DNA from: Pseudobdellovibrionaceae bacterium
GTDB lineage: Bacteria; Bdellovibrionota; Bdellovibrionia; Bdellovibrionales; Bdellovibrionaceae
NCBI GenBank assembly: GCA_041288045.1
Contig: JBGGMM010000119.1
Coordinates: 1 to 24,802, forward strand
DNA length: 24,802 nt
Reading direction: 5' to 3'
Each line of letters starts with the position of its first letter. Position 1 is the first letter of the stretch. Below the pieces are notes generated by a model. The model did not search any database, was not told the origin of the DNA, and was given only the letters and a program-made list of their open reading frames with translations. A program made the position numbers and the translations under genes. Shown here in pieces: positions 13,216-22,725 of the stretch.

Positions 13216-14517
13216 TCAGCTCGAATGAATTTTGCCAATCACGTCGTGGTTGATCCACGCAACCGGTGATTCGGGCGAAGGGCTGTCAGCCATCATCACT
13301 TTCCCGCAAGCTTCAAACACCACTTCGCTGAGTGCAAAAGTCATCAGTTGCTTGGGATCTTTATGCATGCTCAGCAAATAATCGGAAGCCGCGAGCATTT
13401 TTTCGAGCTGATCTTTTGAGTTGTGCTGAGGCCATTTTTCAAATTGGCAATGCGCGCGGATGATATCAGAAGTCAGATAATTTTTCGTATACTGAAGGAG
13501 ATCCTCTAATTGGAATTCTGGTTTCAGTAAGGACAGGCACTGCTCAATCACCGACTGAGATTTTGCAGAATCTGAGCCCTCTTTGCGAAGCGCCCCTAAA
13601 AGAGGATACAAAGACACTTCCACTCCAGAAAAAATCGAGCTGGAATTAGTCAGAATTTCAGGACAATTGTAAACGCAGGTTTTGATGCCTTTTTGTGAGA
13701 ACTCGCGAGAGTAGTTTTCAAGACGAACCTTGGCCCAACCCTGAATATAGGGCGAATAGGTTTGCCACAGGTAATTTTGCCCGACCAGCACTTCAGTGCC
13801 ATGATAGCCAAAGGCCACATAAGACACTTTGCCGCCCTGTTTTTGGATTTTCTCTCGCAGAGGCGAGCTTTCATTGACAAGAAAATGAAAAGTTTCGGCA
13901 GTGACTTCAAAAAAACTTTGAGCGCAAAGCTGGCCCAGCCCTGAATTCCAGAGTTTTTCACTGGAAAGAAAACGATCTCCAGAACCTTTCAGGGATCTAT
14001 TCATCAAAGGCAAAATAATTTTTGCTCGTGGCACGCCTCCAGCCATCAAATGCGCAAAGAGCACATTGGCACCTGGTGGGATGTGAGCTTCGAGCTCTTT
14101 CAGATAGGTCTTCAAATTTTTTAAAAACCGAGCTCGTCCTTTGGCTTTTGAAACTTCAAGGCTTGTTTTATTCAATTCAAAATCTTCCCAGCTCGTCAGC
14201 TTGAGATCTTTGATCTGATCCACAGGTGTGAGCCCCTGATCGTCTGGCTCAAGGTCAAATCCAGCTTCCAAAGGAACATTGATAAAAGGCTTTGGAATGG
14301 ATTCGCTTTCTTCAGCTGTCAAAGCTCGTAAATTTCCATCTTTGTCTCTGCGGCCGACAGTGGTGCGAATAATTTTGAGACCCCGTCGCTCAGCTTCATC
14401 GACCAACCCATTCGCATAACCCCTGGAGAAAAGTTCTCCAAACAGCACAAGGACATCGCCCTGCTTGAAAGTGGAATCTTTTTTGAGGTGACGAATGGCA
14501 TGGTATGTTGAAGTCAT
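13216..14517 (-). CDS. fabMG: Enoyl-ACP reductase, FabMG family
   Basis: 433 aa. GDVLVLFGELFSRGYANGLVDEA, VPLEAGFD, HLMAGGVPRAK, YHGTEVL and YNCPEILTNSS recognised from memory as FabMG-family signatures. Confidence 0.75.
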   Translation of the reverse strand: MTSTYHAIRHLKKDSTFKQGDVLVLFGELFSRGYANGLVDEAERRGLKIIRTTVGRRDKDGNLRALTAEESESIPKPFINVPLEAGFDLEPDDQGLTPVDQIKDLKLTSWEDFELNKTSLEVSKAKGRARFLKNLKTYLKELEAHIPPGANVLFAHLMAGGVPRAKIILPLMNRSLKGSGDRFLSSEKLWNSGLGQLCAQSFFEVTAETFHFLVNESSPLREKIQKQGGKVSYVAFGYHGTEVLVGQNYLWQTYSPYIQGWAKVRLENYSREFSQKGIKTCVYNCPEILTNSSSIFSGVEVSLYPLLGALRKEGSDSAKSQSVIEQCLSLLKPEFQLEDLLQYTKNYLTSDIIRAHCQFEKWPQHNSKDQLEKMLAASDYLLSMHKDPKQLMTFALSEVVFEACGKVMMADSPSPESPVAWINHDVIGKIHSS

Positions 14518-14525
14518 AGAGAGAC

Positions 14526-14554
14526 ATTCTTGGCAAAGAGCCTTCCGAGGTCAA
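14526..14554 (-). promoter_or_regulatory. Sigma-70-type promoter of the fabMG-rnz unit
   Basis: Minus strand reads TTGACC-N17-AAGAAT, 8 nt before the ATG at 14517. Confidence 0.5.
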
Positions 14555-14618
14555 GGTTCTCTCTTAAAAACCAGGGAAAGCTTTTGACGAGGACAGTCAG
14601 TCTTGGTTTAAAAAGAAG

Positions 14619-15359
14619 ATGACAGTGATCTCTTTGGTCCCGTCGTGGACCGAAATGCTAATTGAATGTGGCGTCAATGTGGTGGGGCGCACTCGCTTTT
14701 GCATTCATCCTCAAGATCAGGTGCATGGGATTCCAGCAGTGGGCGGCACGAAGGACCTCAATTGGGAGCGGGTGCGGACTTTGGGGGCCGGATTGCTCCT
14801 CTTGGATCAAGAGGAAAATCTTCCCTGGATGAAGGAACAATCCCCCATTCCGACTGTGGTCACTCATGTCACGGACCTTCAAAGTGTTGCCGGCGAAATC
14901 AGCAAAATTGCCGATGTGCTCAGAGATCAAAAAAAAGCTTTGATGGAACTGGCGCAGCGCTGGGAAAAAATAGGCCATCAGCCAAGGACCTGGGATTGGA
15001 ATTCCATTCCTGCCGAAATGGAAGTTTTAAAGAAAAGTCAGCCAGACTATGAAAAACTTGTCTACGTGATTTGGAAAAACCCCTGGATGCGAGTGGCTCA
15101 GAAGACCTTTATCGATTCGGTTCTCCGCCATTTGGGAGCTGAAAGATTTTTGCTTTCATCTGAAAAAAAATATCCTGAATTTCAGCTTTCGGATTTTGAT
15201 CTTAAAAAAACCTATTTCCTTTTTTCTTCGGAGCCTTTCCCATTTCATAAAAAGAAACAGGATTTGCTGCAATTGGGGATCGAAGGGTCGATTGTCGACG
15301 GGGAAAGTTTCAGTTGGTTTGGCTCGAGGTCCTTGCGGTTTCTTGAAAAACAAAATTAA
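14619..15359 (+). CDS. Helical-backbone metal receptor (BtuF/TroA-like) protein without signal peptide
   Basis: Motifs VISLVPSWTE, VGRTRFCIHP, VGGTK, IWKNPWM, SSEPFPF and VDGESFSWFGSR. Confidence 0.85.
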   Translation: MTVISLVPSWTEMLIECGVNVVGRTRFCIHPQDQVHGIPAVGGTKDLNWERVRTLGAGLLLLDQEENLPWMKEQSPIPTVVTHVTDLQSVAGEISKIADVLRDQKKALMELAQRWEKIGHQPRTWDWNSIPAEMEVLKKSQPDYEKLVYVIWKNPWMRVAQKTFIDSVLRHLGAERFLLSSEKKYPEFQLSDFDLKKTYFLFSSEPFPFHKKKQDLLQLGIEGSIVDGESFSWFGSRSLRFLEKQN

Positions 15360-16516
15360 ATCGCCACTTCAAAAGTTTCAATTTTAAAAATCCAAGTTCT
15401 TTCGCTTTTCTGCTTATCTGACTCAAAAATCACGTTTCTTTCGCCACCAGAAGCTGTCAGCTTCAAGGTTTTTTTGTAGGCGAAACTCAATCCGGTGTCA
15501 TAGCCGATGCGATTGGTGTTCAGCCAAACTCCATTGTAATAGGAAACGGCGGCATCCGGCTCGATCCGAAAATATTCATAATAGGGTGTGAGCTGCACAT
15601 TTTGCGAAAGATTCATTTCAAGTCCAATGTTGGAGCGCACGGCTTGATTGAAATCCTTGGGGGCCTGTTCGTTTTTCACCCATTCCCCTAAAGTCTTAAG
15701 AGTCAGGTATCGGCCCATATGGGTTTTCAGATTCACAGCTGCAAAGCTTCCTTTGTATTCGTAAGTGAAAACGGATTCTTTCTCGCCAATGGGAGTGATT
15801 GAATTTCCGAAATAAGCCGATTTTGTGGCCAGAGAGCTCGGGAGATTTTGAAATTCGTAAACGCCAGCCTGAAACTGACCTTCGACTGCCATTTTCTGTA
15901 ATTTTAAGAAAACGGATCCTGACGAGTAAGTCGGAGTCTCCTCAAGCTCTTTTGTTTCGGCCGAAAGACTGCTGTTGGTCGGAATTGCAGTTTCGCCTTT
16001 GATGCCAGCTGAAAGGAGCGCCTGAGAATCGGTTTGCATTCGCAAACGGGCTGCAGGAAAAGCCTGTTCATCCAAAAGAAGAGCCGGGTGGTCCTTGCTC
16101 TGATCCAAAGCTCCTGCCGAAAGCCAAATGTCGCTGAAGGGCTCGGCATTGATGGAAGCTTCTTTCATCCCCCACGTCGATGTGGCAGCTTGAGAGCCTT
16201 CTGTGGTTTGAACGAAGCCATTGGTGTAAGTGAATTTCGGAGCCAAGCGGAAATCAATATTTTCAAGCGGACGATAGCGCAGATCCGTGAGCAAGCGAAA
16301 CTCAGCAGTGTTTCTTTGATTGAGATCATCCTCATAGCGGAAATTGCGAAGCCGGATGTTCCAAGTGCCCTCGAGAGCTTTGATTTTTTCATTTTTCTGT
16401 TCGGAAACTTTGGTTTGCAAGGAAGCCGTTTGAGCCTGTGCCATTTCTGTGAGCAACAAGCCCACAGCCGAAGCCAGTAAAATGAAAATCCAAAAGCGTT
16501 TGAGATTCACAGACAC
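15356..16516 (-). CDS. Putative outer-membrane beta-barrel (porin-like) protein
   Basis: Signal peptide ending AQA, followed by alternating aromatic/hydrophobic beta-strand patterns. GTG 16510 is better spaced from the AAGGA SD than GTG 16516. Confidence 0.65.
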   Translation of the reverse strand: MSVNLKRFWIFILLASAVGLLLTEMAQAQTASLQTKVSEQKNEKIKALEGTWNIRLRNFRYEDDLNQRNTAEFRLLTDLRYRPLENIDFRLAPKFTYTNGFVQTTEGSQAATSTWGMKEASINAEPFSDIWLSAGALDQSKDHPALLLDEQAFPAARLRMQTDSQALLSAGIKGETAIPTNSSLSAETKELEETPTYSSGSVFLKLQKMAVEGQFQAGVYEFQNLPSSLATKSAYFGNSITPIGEKESVFTYEYKGSFAAVNLKTHMGRYLTLKTLGEWVKNEQAPKDFNQAVRSNIGLEMNLSQNVQLTPYYEYFRIEPDAAVSYYNGVWLNTNRIGYDTGLSFAYKKTLKLTASGGERNVIFESDKQKSERTWIFKIETFEVAI

Positions 16517-16629
16517 ATCCTTTTCAAGGAGCTCAACGCTTCAAAAACTGTGCGCTTCACAAAGGGCCTCAGTCGTTGATTGAATTTAAATAGACTGTCT
16601 AGATTTTTGACGACAGCTCAATTTTGGCT

Positions 16630-17904
16630 TCAGATTTCGGAGACTTCCAGAGAATTTTCGACCCAAGAGATCAGTTTTTCAGTGGCTCCCGAAGCCCTTT
16701 GTACCCGTTGAAGGATCGCGGGTTGTGCTTTTGGGAGGGTCCATGTTTTTTCCATCACCTGCATCAAATCATTGGCATTCTGAGTGACATTCACAGCGTA
16801 AAGTCCGGTTTGAATTTGCACAAACTGAAATTGCAGGGCTTCTCGATTGTTGGTGTGAAAAGGGCCCACGCAAACCGGGATGCCAAGACAGAGAGGCTCC
16901 ATCACGCTGTGAACTTTGCCTTTGAAGGAGCCACCCACGAAAGCCAAATGTCCCCACGAATAAAGCTCTTGCAAAATTCCGATCTGATCCACCAACAAAA
17001 TCTGGCTCTCCCATTTGGAAGCCTTCGAATAGCGGGTGACTGTCCATTGTCGGGCCTGAAGCTGATTTTCCAAATGGGACAATCGCTCAGGCGAAACTTC
17101 ATGAGGGGCCAAAACGATTCGACCGCCCCGCGAAATCCAGGCAGCAAATGAATCAAAAAGAATGTCTTCATCTTCGGGCCAGGTCGATCCACAAATAAAA
17201 ATGCGGTCTGTGGATGCGGGTTTTAAAGCATTGTTGATTGGATTGGGATTCTTCAATCTGTGTAAGACCTGATCAAAGCGAGTGTCGCCGGCCACTTCCA
17301 GCGGGGCTTTGACCCCCAGTTTTCTGAGATTTTCCTGATCCTCATCGCTCACGCAAAAAATTCCCGAGAGAGAATTCAAGGCCATTCGAGTCAGCGAGCT
17401 CGCCAGAAATCCTTGGCGGGAGCTCTCAGCTGCAAAAGTGGCGGCAAAAAGCATAGAGGGAATTTTTCTCGATTTCGCGATTCTTGCAAGCTCTGGCCAG
17501 ACATCGGTTCGAGCAATCAAAAGCGTCCGTGGATTGTAGAAATTCAAAAATTTTTCCAAATCCGAAGGCCGGTCCCAGGGAAGTGGCATCGCCAGGTCAA
17601 TTCCGGGAAACTTTTGCATCAATTTTTTGGCCGATGGTGAAAAGTAAGTCACAAGCACTGGGATTTGCGGAAAGCCTTCTTTCAAAGCTCGAATCACTGA
17701 TTTGGCATATTCGATTTCGCCACTGGAAGCGTGAATCCAGATGGGCCTGGCAGGAAGAGCCTGAAGATTCTGTGCCGAGCGGTCAGTGATCATTTCCTGC
17801 AGTTTTTGTGAAAGAAAAGGAGATAGAAATTTTAAAATTCCCAAAGCCATTGGCAGAGCCAAAAAGCGATAAATAGAAAAAACCAAACTGTCGATTAAAA
17901 CCAT
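16630..17904 (-). CDS. waaA: 3-deoxy-D-manno-octulosonic-acid (Kdo) transferase
   Basis: Motifs IWIHASSGE, LPWD, GDTRFD, GSTWPEDE, APHE and FVGGSF..HSVMEP, with an N-terminal anchor helix. Confidence 0.92.
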   Translation of the reverse strand: MVLIDSLVFSIYRFLALPMALGILKFLSPFLSQKLQEMITDRSAQNLQALPARPIWIHASSGEIEYAKSVIRALKEGFPQIPVLVTYFSPSAKKLMQKFPGIDLAMPLPWDRPSDLEKFLNFYNPRTLLIARTDVWPELARIAKSRKIPSMLFAATFAAESSRQGFLASSLTRMALNSLSGIFCVSDEDQENLRKLGVKAPLEVAGDTRFDQVLHRLKNPNPINNALKPASTDRIFICGSTWPEDEDILFDSFAAWISRGGRIVLAPHEVSPERLSHLENQLQARQWTVTRYSKASKWESQILLVDQIGILQELYSWGHLAFVGGSFKGKVHSVMEPLCLGIPVCVGPFHTNNREALQFQFVQIQTGLYAVNVTQNANDLMQVMEKTWTLPKAQPAILQRVQRASGATEKLISWVENSLEVSEI

Positions 17905-18941
17905 TGATCCGCCATTTTTTTCACTTGCTCTGGAGTGATGTCCACCAGACAGCGATGGAATTTCTCATTGATGCAAGGGCCTTGGCCATGTTTGCTGCAG
18001 GGTCGGCATTTCAAATCCAGTTCCATAATTTTGGTGCTGGATCGAGACGGAAACCCAAAGGGAGCAGGGCCCATCAAAGCAATCGTCTTTTTTCCCAGCT
18101 GCTCACCAACATGCAAAAGTCCTGTGTCGTTGGTGATCAAACCCCGCGACAGCGAAATCGCCGCAGTACTCTCTTGCAAAGTCAAAAGCCCGGCCAAATT
18201 CAAAACTCGCTCAGGAGCAACTCCAACAATCTCTTCGATAAAGCGATCTTCAGGTCCACCCAAGCAGACGAATTGCTCCTGCGGCAAGAGCTCCACCAAT
18301 TTTTTGAAATGAGCCAATGGCCATCGCTTCAAAGGGTAAGCTGCAGACGGAGCCAGTGTCAGATAAGAATGGAAATCTTTGTGTCGAGTGAGAGTTTTTA
18401 ATTTTTCCAAAGCTTCTGACTGAACAAAAATCTGCGGCGCCGGTGGAAGCTCCCGAGAAAGCCCCCAAGCTTGAAGCGGCTCCAAAAGATCTCTCTGACC
18501 CGAAAAGGGCATCTCAAAAGTGTTTCGACGAAAGCGAAAAAGCAGAAAGCGCTTCCATCTTTTTTGGGATTTTCGAACAAAAAGCGGCGGATCGAAAAGC
18601 CGTGTCACAGCCCAAGGGGGTTGCAAAAGCCAACTGATCAGATGTGATCTGAGGTTGTTATGAGCATCGTAGATATGAGTGAATCTTTGCTTTTTCAGCT
18701 CGCAAATCAAAAGCATCAAACCTTTGAGGCCATCTCGCCGGTTGAGCTCCCAAATCCGGGTCAAATGTGGATGGCCCTCAAGCAGCGGTGCCAGATCCTG
18801 CCGGGTCACCCAGTGAATCTCGGCCCCCTTGGACTCAGGCCCCGCCAATTCCGCCAATTTCGAAGGAATACTCAAAGCTTGGGTCACGTCACCGAAACTG
18901 GAAAAACGGATGATGAGAATCTTATTGCGAGCTTGGATCAT
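17895..18941 (-). CDS. Glycosyltransferase family 9 (LPS heptosyltransferase, WaaF/WaaC-like)
   Basis: Motifs IIRFSSFGDV, KRWP, NLAG, TNDTGLLH and CRPCSKHG. Overlaps waaA by 10 nt. Confidence 0.9.
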   Translation of the reverse strand: MIQARNKILIIRFSSFGDVTQALSIPSKLAELAGPESKGAEIHWVTRQDLAPLLEGHPHLTRIWELNRRDGLKGLMLLICELKKQRFTHIYDAHNNLRSHLISWLLQPPWAVTRLFDPPLFVRKSQKRWKRFLLFRFRRNTFEMPFSGQRDLLEPLQAWGLSRELPPAPQIFVQSEALEKLKTLTRHKDFHSYLTLAPSAAYPLKRWPLAHFKKLVELLPQEQFVCLGGPEDRFIEEIVGVAPERVLNLAGLLTLQESTAAISLSRGLITNDTGLLHVGEQLGKKTIALMGPAPFGFPSRSSTKIMELDLKCRPCSKHGQGPCINEKFHRCLVDITPEQVKKMADQWF

Positions 18942-19036
18942 GAGCCCTCGATGATAAGCTTTTTTAAATCAAAAACGAAGGTTAAAAAGGGTGCCAAAAA
19001 GCGGCCTCTGTCCATTTTTTGAAGCTTCAAATGCCA

Positions 19037-19060
19037 TGAGACGCAATCTGTCAGGTCTCA
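19037..19060. promoter_or_regulatory. Inverted repeat TGAGAC-N12-GTCTCA in a divergent intergenic region
   Basis: Arms at 19037-19042 and 19055-19060, ending 22 nt upstream of ATG 19083. Confidence 0.35.
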
Positions 19061-19082
19061 ATTTTGTAGATCAATCCCTTGG

Positions 19083-20438
19083 ATGAAACCTGTCATTGCG
19101 ACCCTGGTTGGGGTTTTTATTGCGTTTGGAGCTCAGGTCGCCTTTGGGGAAACCGAAGGGCGTGTTTCATTGTCCCAAGCCAGTTTTTTAAGCCCTGACT
19201 TTGAGCTGACGGGCAAAAAAGACTATCAGCTCATCGGTGCTGGTCTCGACACTCTCAGAGATGTCCGAGGCGAACAAGAAATTGAAAACAGTTTACAGGC
19301 CCACGTGAGGGGAATGGTGGCTCCAGGCACTTCCGTTCTCAACTATCTCAACGTTTCCCAGCTTTACTGGAAGCAGAATCTTCTCTCTGTCGGGCGAAAA
19401 AAAATCGTTTGGAATCGGTTGGATGAAAATTATTTGCTGGGCTCCTATCAGCCCTTGTTTAAATGGAATCCGCTTTTGACAGAGACCCAAGGATTGACTG
19501 GTATTTTCATTCACCTTGAAACGAGCGAAACGGCTCTTCCTTGGGGAGTGACCTTGATGGGATCGCCGCTTTTTATTCCCAACCAAGGTGCGGGATATGA
19601 ACTGAAGGATGGAACTTTTCAAGAGTCCAACCCCTATTTCAAAGCCCCGCCCAGACAAGCTCTTGCCAATGAACAAGAATTCGATATCAACTACACTCTT
19701 CAAAAACCAGAGGCCCAGGATGTGGTTTTACAGCAAAGTTTTGCGGGTCGGGTTTTTGTTGGTGAAATGGGCAAAGGCCCCTTCTGGCAAGTCGCCTATG
19801 CGCGCAAGCCCATGAACGAATTGAATTTGGGTTTTATCGGTTATGCCCCATCGACCGCAGGGCAAATCAATGTCGATATTCTTCCCGCAGTTTCCAATCA
19901 CACATTGGTGAGCTCGGATCTTCAGTACGCCAGCAAATTTCTCACAGTTGGGGTTTCCGGTTTGCACGAGGATTCCGAAGAGCCCAATTACAAGTCCGAA
20001 TGGACTTACTCAACATTCACAAGCTCGATGCTCGTCAGTCCTTACGTTGAAGGCCGCTTCAAAGGGGCTGAACTGCATGTGTCAGTCCTTTCCGTGGAGG
20101 GTGGGGATTCTCGAATCAAAGGGCCTCAATCCAGCGAATCCGAGAATTTCATCCCTCAACGCTATCCTTTTCGCAATGCCGGGTTGGCCAGCTTGAAATA
20201 CCAGTACCGAATCAAACGCTTTGAAAATATCGGTCTGGCCACTCGCTATTTGCGAGGTTCTGAAGGCGAGTTTGACCTGTGGACCAATCAAATTTCCTAT
20301 CAATGGCGGGAAAAATGGGCCGCCAATTTGATCAGTCAGTTAGTGGCAGTTGAAAACAATTCAAACGGGCGAAAGACGGCCTTTGATTCCTACCTGAATA
20401 ATGACCTTGTTGCTATAGGGATCAGCTATGTCTTCTAA
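19083..20438 (+). CDS. Putative outer-membrane beta-barrel protein
   Basis: Signal peptide ending AFG, amphipathic beta strands, a VGRKKIVW motif and a C-terminal beta-signal GISYVF. Confidence 0.75.
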   Translation: MKPVIATLVGVFIAFGAQVAFGETEGRVSLSQASFLSPDFELTGKKDYQLIGAGLDTLRDVRGEQEIENSLQAHVRGMVAPGTSVLNYLNVSQLYWKQNLLSVGRKKIVWNRLDENYLLGSYQPLFKWNPLLTETQGLTGIFIHLETSETALPWGVTLMGSPLFIPNQGAGYELKDGTFQESNPYFKAPPRQALANEQEFDINYTLQKPEAQDVVLQQSFAGRVFVGEMGKGPFWQVAYARKPMNELNLGFIGYAPSTAGQINVDILPAVSNHTLVSSDLQYASKFLTVGVSGLHEDSEEPNYKSEWTYSTFTSSMLVSPYVEGRFKGAELHVSVLSVEGGDSRIKGPQSSESENFIPQRYPFRNAGLASLKYQYRIKRFENIGLATRYLRGSEGEFDLWTNQISYQWREKWAANLISQLVAVENNSNGRKTAFDSYLNNDLVAIGISYVF

Positions 20439-22725
20439 GCTTGTCGCAACTGGGGCTTCAGTTTTACTTTCATTTGTTATTCTGCTGACGGGCTGTGACC
20501 GCCTTCTGAAAGGTCGCTCGGAAGACGAAAATAAAAAAAATGGCCAAATTGAAATTTCCATGGGCGATGTCCAATGCCTCCATCAAATGCCCACAGAACT
20601 GCAAAAGTTCTTTGATGACGAGGGCAGTGATGAGAATGTGCAAAAATCGATTGAATGCATTCGGACTTCGTTGAAATCATTTTTGCGTCTCACCAAGGGC
20701 AACCAGCCCGATGCTTACATGGCCCCCGAGGTCCAATATTTCTTTAATACTTTTTTGCTGAAAGAAAACAAAATCTCTGATGAATTTCTCAAAGAGATCA
20801 TGAAATTCAAAGTCGCTGTGGTCGGCGGTTCCAGCGATGTGGTGACTCGGCTTGAATTTGACCAGTTCCTGCAGTTTTTGGGCGATTTGCAAAATCAGCT
20901 TCTGAAAATTCGCGGCAAAATGAAAATTATTTTTTTTCGTGGTCAGCGCGGCAATGTCAGCCCAGAAGACATTCTTTCGGCCAAAGAAAATTTGCAGTCT
21001 ATTGCCGACTTTGTTTTGAAAAAGAGTAAAATCACGTCCTCACAATATCAGTGGACAGATTTTAAGGCTTTTCTCGAGCAGTTGGATTTGTTTTTGGTGG
21101 AATCAAAAGGACTTCATCAGCTTTTGCAGTGGATGCCCTTGGCGGATCAGGCCAAGCTTCTTTTTTTAGGGTCGAGTGCCAAGCTGGGCAGTGAAAATGA
21201 CTGGTTGGCCGCCCAGAAATGGATGTTGAACACCTATGCGAACACTCTTCGGTTTTATTATCGTTTTTTAGGAAGCTCTTTGGAGTCTCCAGAAGAATGG
21301 AATGAGCTCTTAGGCTGGCTGGATGAACTTTTCGTTTCCATCGAGCAAGCTCCCATGATGCGAGAAAAGAAAATTTTAGAAGGCGATTCCATTGATCAAT
21401 TGATCAACGAAGTCTTTAAACTCAATTTGTTTCAAACAGTTCTCAACCCAGGCTTGATTCAAAAAACTTACCGCAAAGTGCTCTTGCATTTCATTGTCGC
21501 GCCGTCCGGTCATGGTGATGAAAGTTCAATCACCAATTTGACAGATTCGCACCTGCGCATTTTGAAGCAAGAATACAATGTCTGGAAGCTCTCGCAGAAA
21601 TTTTTTATTGACACGTATTCGAAGCACAAAGCCACGCCGACGCTGGCCCAATTGAGATCCGCCGTCAGTAATTACCCGGTTCAAGGGAAAGTTGCGGTTT
21701 CTCCTCTCGAAGAAGATGAAATCAAAAGGTCCTGGCTGGACTTTCAAACTCTTTTAAAAGCTCAACCTGGGATCACTTACAGTGAAAATCTGAAAGTCCG
21801 TATCAATTATGGCAACGAGAACGAAGCCCTCCCTTTTGTTGGGGCCAATATGATCAATGCGGTTCGCACAATGGTCCGCTTGGCTCATCGTGGTTATGGG
21901 GACAGCCAGGCCAAATTTGCTTTTGACAAAAAAATCAGCCGCCAAAGATTGATCGATCTCGTCGAGGATTTTAGAGATTTGGGTCTGGCGCTTTCCTTTC
22001 TCGATCCGCGCGAAGCCAATTCGGCCTCTCGAACATTTGATCAGGGAAATTATTTTGCCTTTCACGGCAATGGTGACGAGGCACTGAATTCGCTTGAAAC
22101 CTATGAGCTTCTCAGTGTTTTGATTTCCGGCGGTCGAGCGCAATTGACAGAACTCCACCAGGATTTGAAGCAAAGGGGTTGCTGGCTGGATGAAAAAGAT
22201 GTGTTCAATCGAAATTTCGTCAGCGAAGAATGCTTTGAGAGGGCCCTTCGCCAAAATATGGATCAGTATTTGAGCCATGTTCCTGGGATGCTGAAATTCC
22301 TCAAATCCCTCAGCAAAGAAAAGTACGTAGAGACTTATCGCGCTTTGATGTCGATCGCTTATACAAAACAACATCGAGCCGGAATTTTGGACACTGCAGA
22401 ATTAAGAACTCTCGGCGTGGTTTTAAGCTTTATTGAATCCCTGATGGTGGTCTATGATCTAGACCGGAATTTGATGATGAGTGAACGGGAAGTCGAAGCT
22501 TCCTTTCCACGTTTTGAAAGCTGTATTGTTCGCATGAGCCCGATGGGAGATTTTTTGGCTGAAGATATCTTTATGTATCTCGTCTTTAACGGAAGAAAGC
22601 CGGGCCTCAAAGACGCATTCGATCTCACTGGCTTTGTGACGAAACGACACACCATTGGTCTGAGCGATGTTGGAAAATACAACTTGATGCAAGTGCTGAG
22701 CATTCTCAATCATGAATTCAAATAA
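20428..22725 (+). CDS. Large alpha-helical lipoprotein with EF-hand-like loops
   Basis: Lipobox LTG-C23, helical composition, and DLDRNLMMSERE at aa 677-688. Overlaps the barrel gene by 11 nt. Confidence 0.7.
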   Translation: MSSKLVATGASVLLSFVILLTGCDRLLKGRSEDENKKNGQIEISMGDVQCLHQMPTELQKFFDDEGSDENVQKSIECIRTSLKSFLRLTKGNQPDAYMAPEVQYFFNTFLLKENKISDEFLKEIMKFKVAVVGGSSDVVTRLEFDQFLQFLGDLQNQLLKIRGKMKIIFFRGQRGNVSPEDILSAKENLQSIADFVLKKSKITSSQYQWTDFKAFLEQLDLFLVESKGLHQLLQWMPLADQAKLLFLGSSAKLGSENDWLAAQKWMLNTYANTLRFYYRFLGSSLESPEEWNELLGWLDELFVSIEQAPMMREKKILEGDSIDQLINEVFKLNLFQTVLNPGLIQKTYRKVLLHFIVAPSGHGDESSITNLTDSHLRILKQEYNVWKLSQKFFIDTYSKHKATPTLAQLRSAVSNYPVQGKVAVSPLEEDEIKRSWLDFQTLLKAQPGITYSENLKVRINYGNENEALPFVGANMINAVRTMVRLAHRGYGDSQAKFAFDKKISRQRLIDLVEDFRDLGLALSFLDPREANSASRTFDQGNYFAFHGNGDEALNSLETYELLSVLISGGRAQLTELHQDLKQRGCWLDEKDVFNRNFVSEECFERALRQNMDQYLSHVPGMLKFLKSLSKEKYVETYRALMSIAYTKQHRAGILDTAELRTLGVVLSFIESLMVVYDLDRNLMMSEREVEASFPRFESCIVRMSPMGDFLAEDIFMYLVFNGRKPGLKDAFDLTGFVTKRHTIGLSDVGKYNLMQVLSILNHEFK

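Noticed and set aside
14619..16516. B12 or iron uptake system from the BtuF-like protein plus barrel
   Set aside because: The genes are convergent, the binding protein has no signal peptide, and the barrel is too small for a TonB-dependent receptor. No permease or riboswitch was seen.
21754..22374. 206-aa minus-strand ORF and other long antisense ORFs
   Set aside because: They lie fully inside longer genes on the opposite strand, with no SD or motifs; typical shadows.
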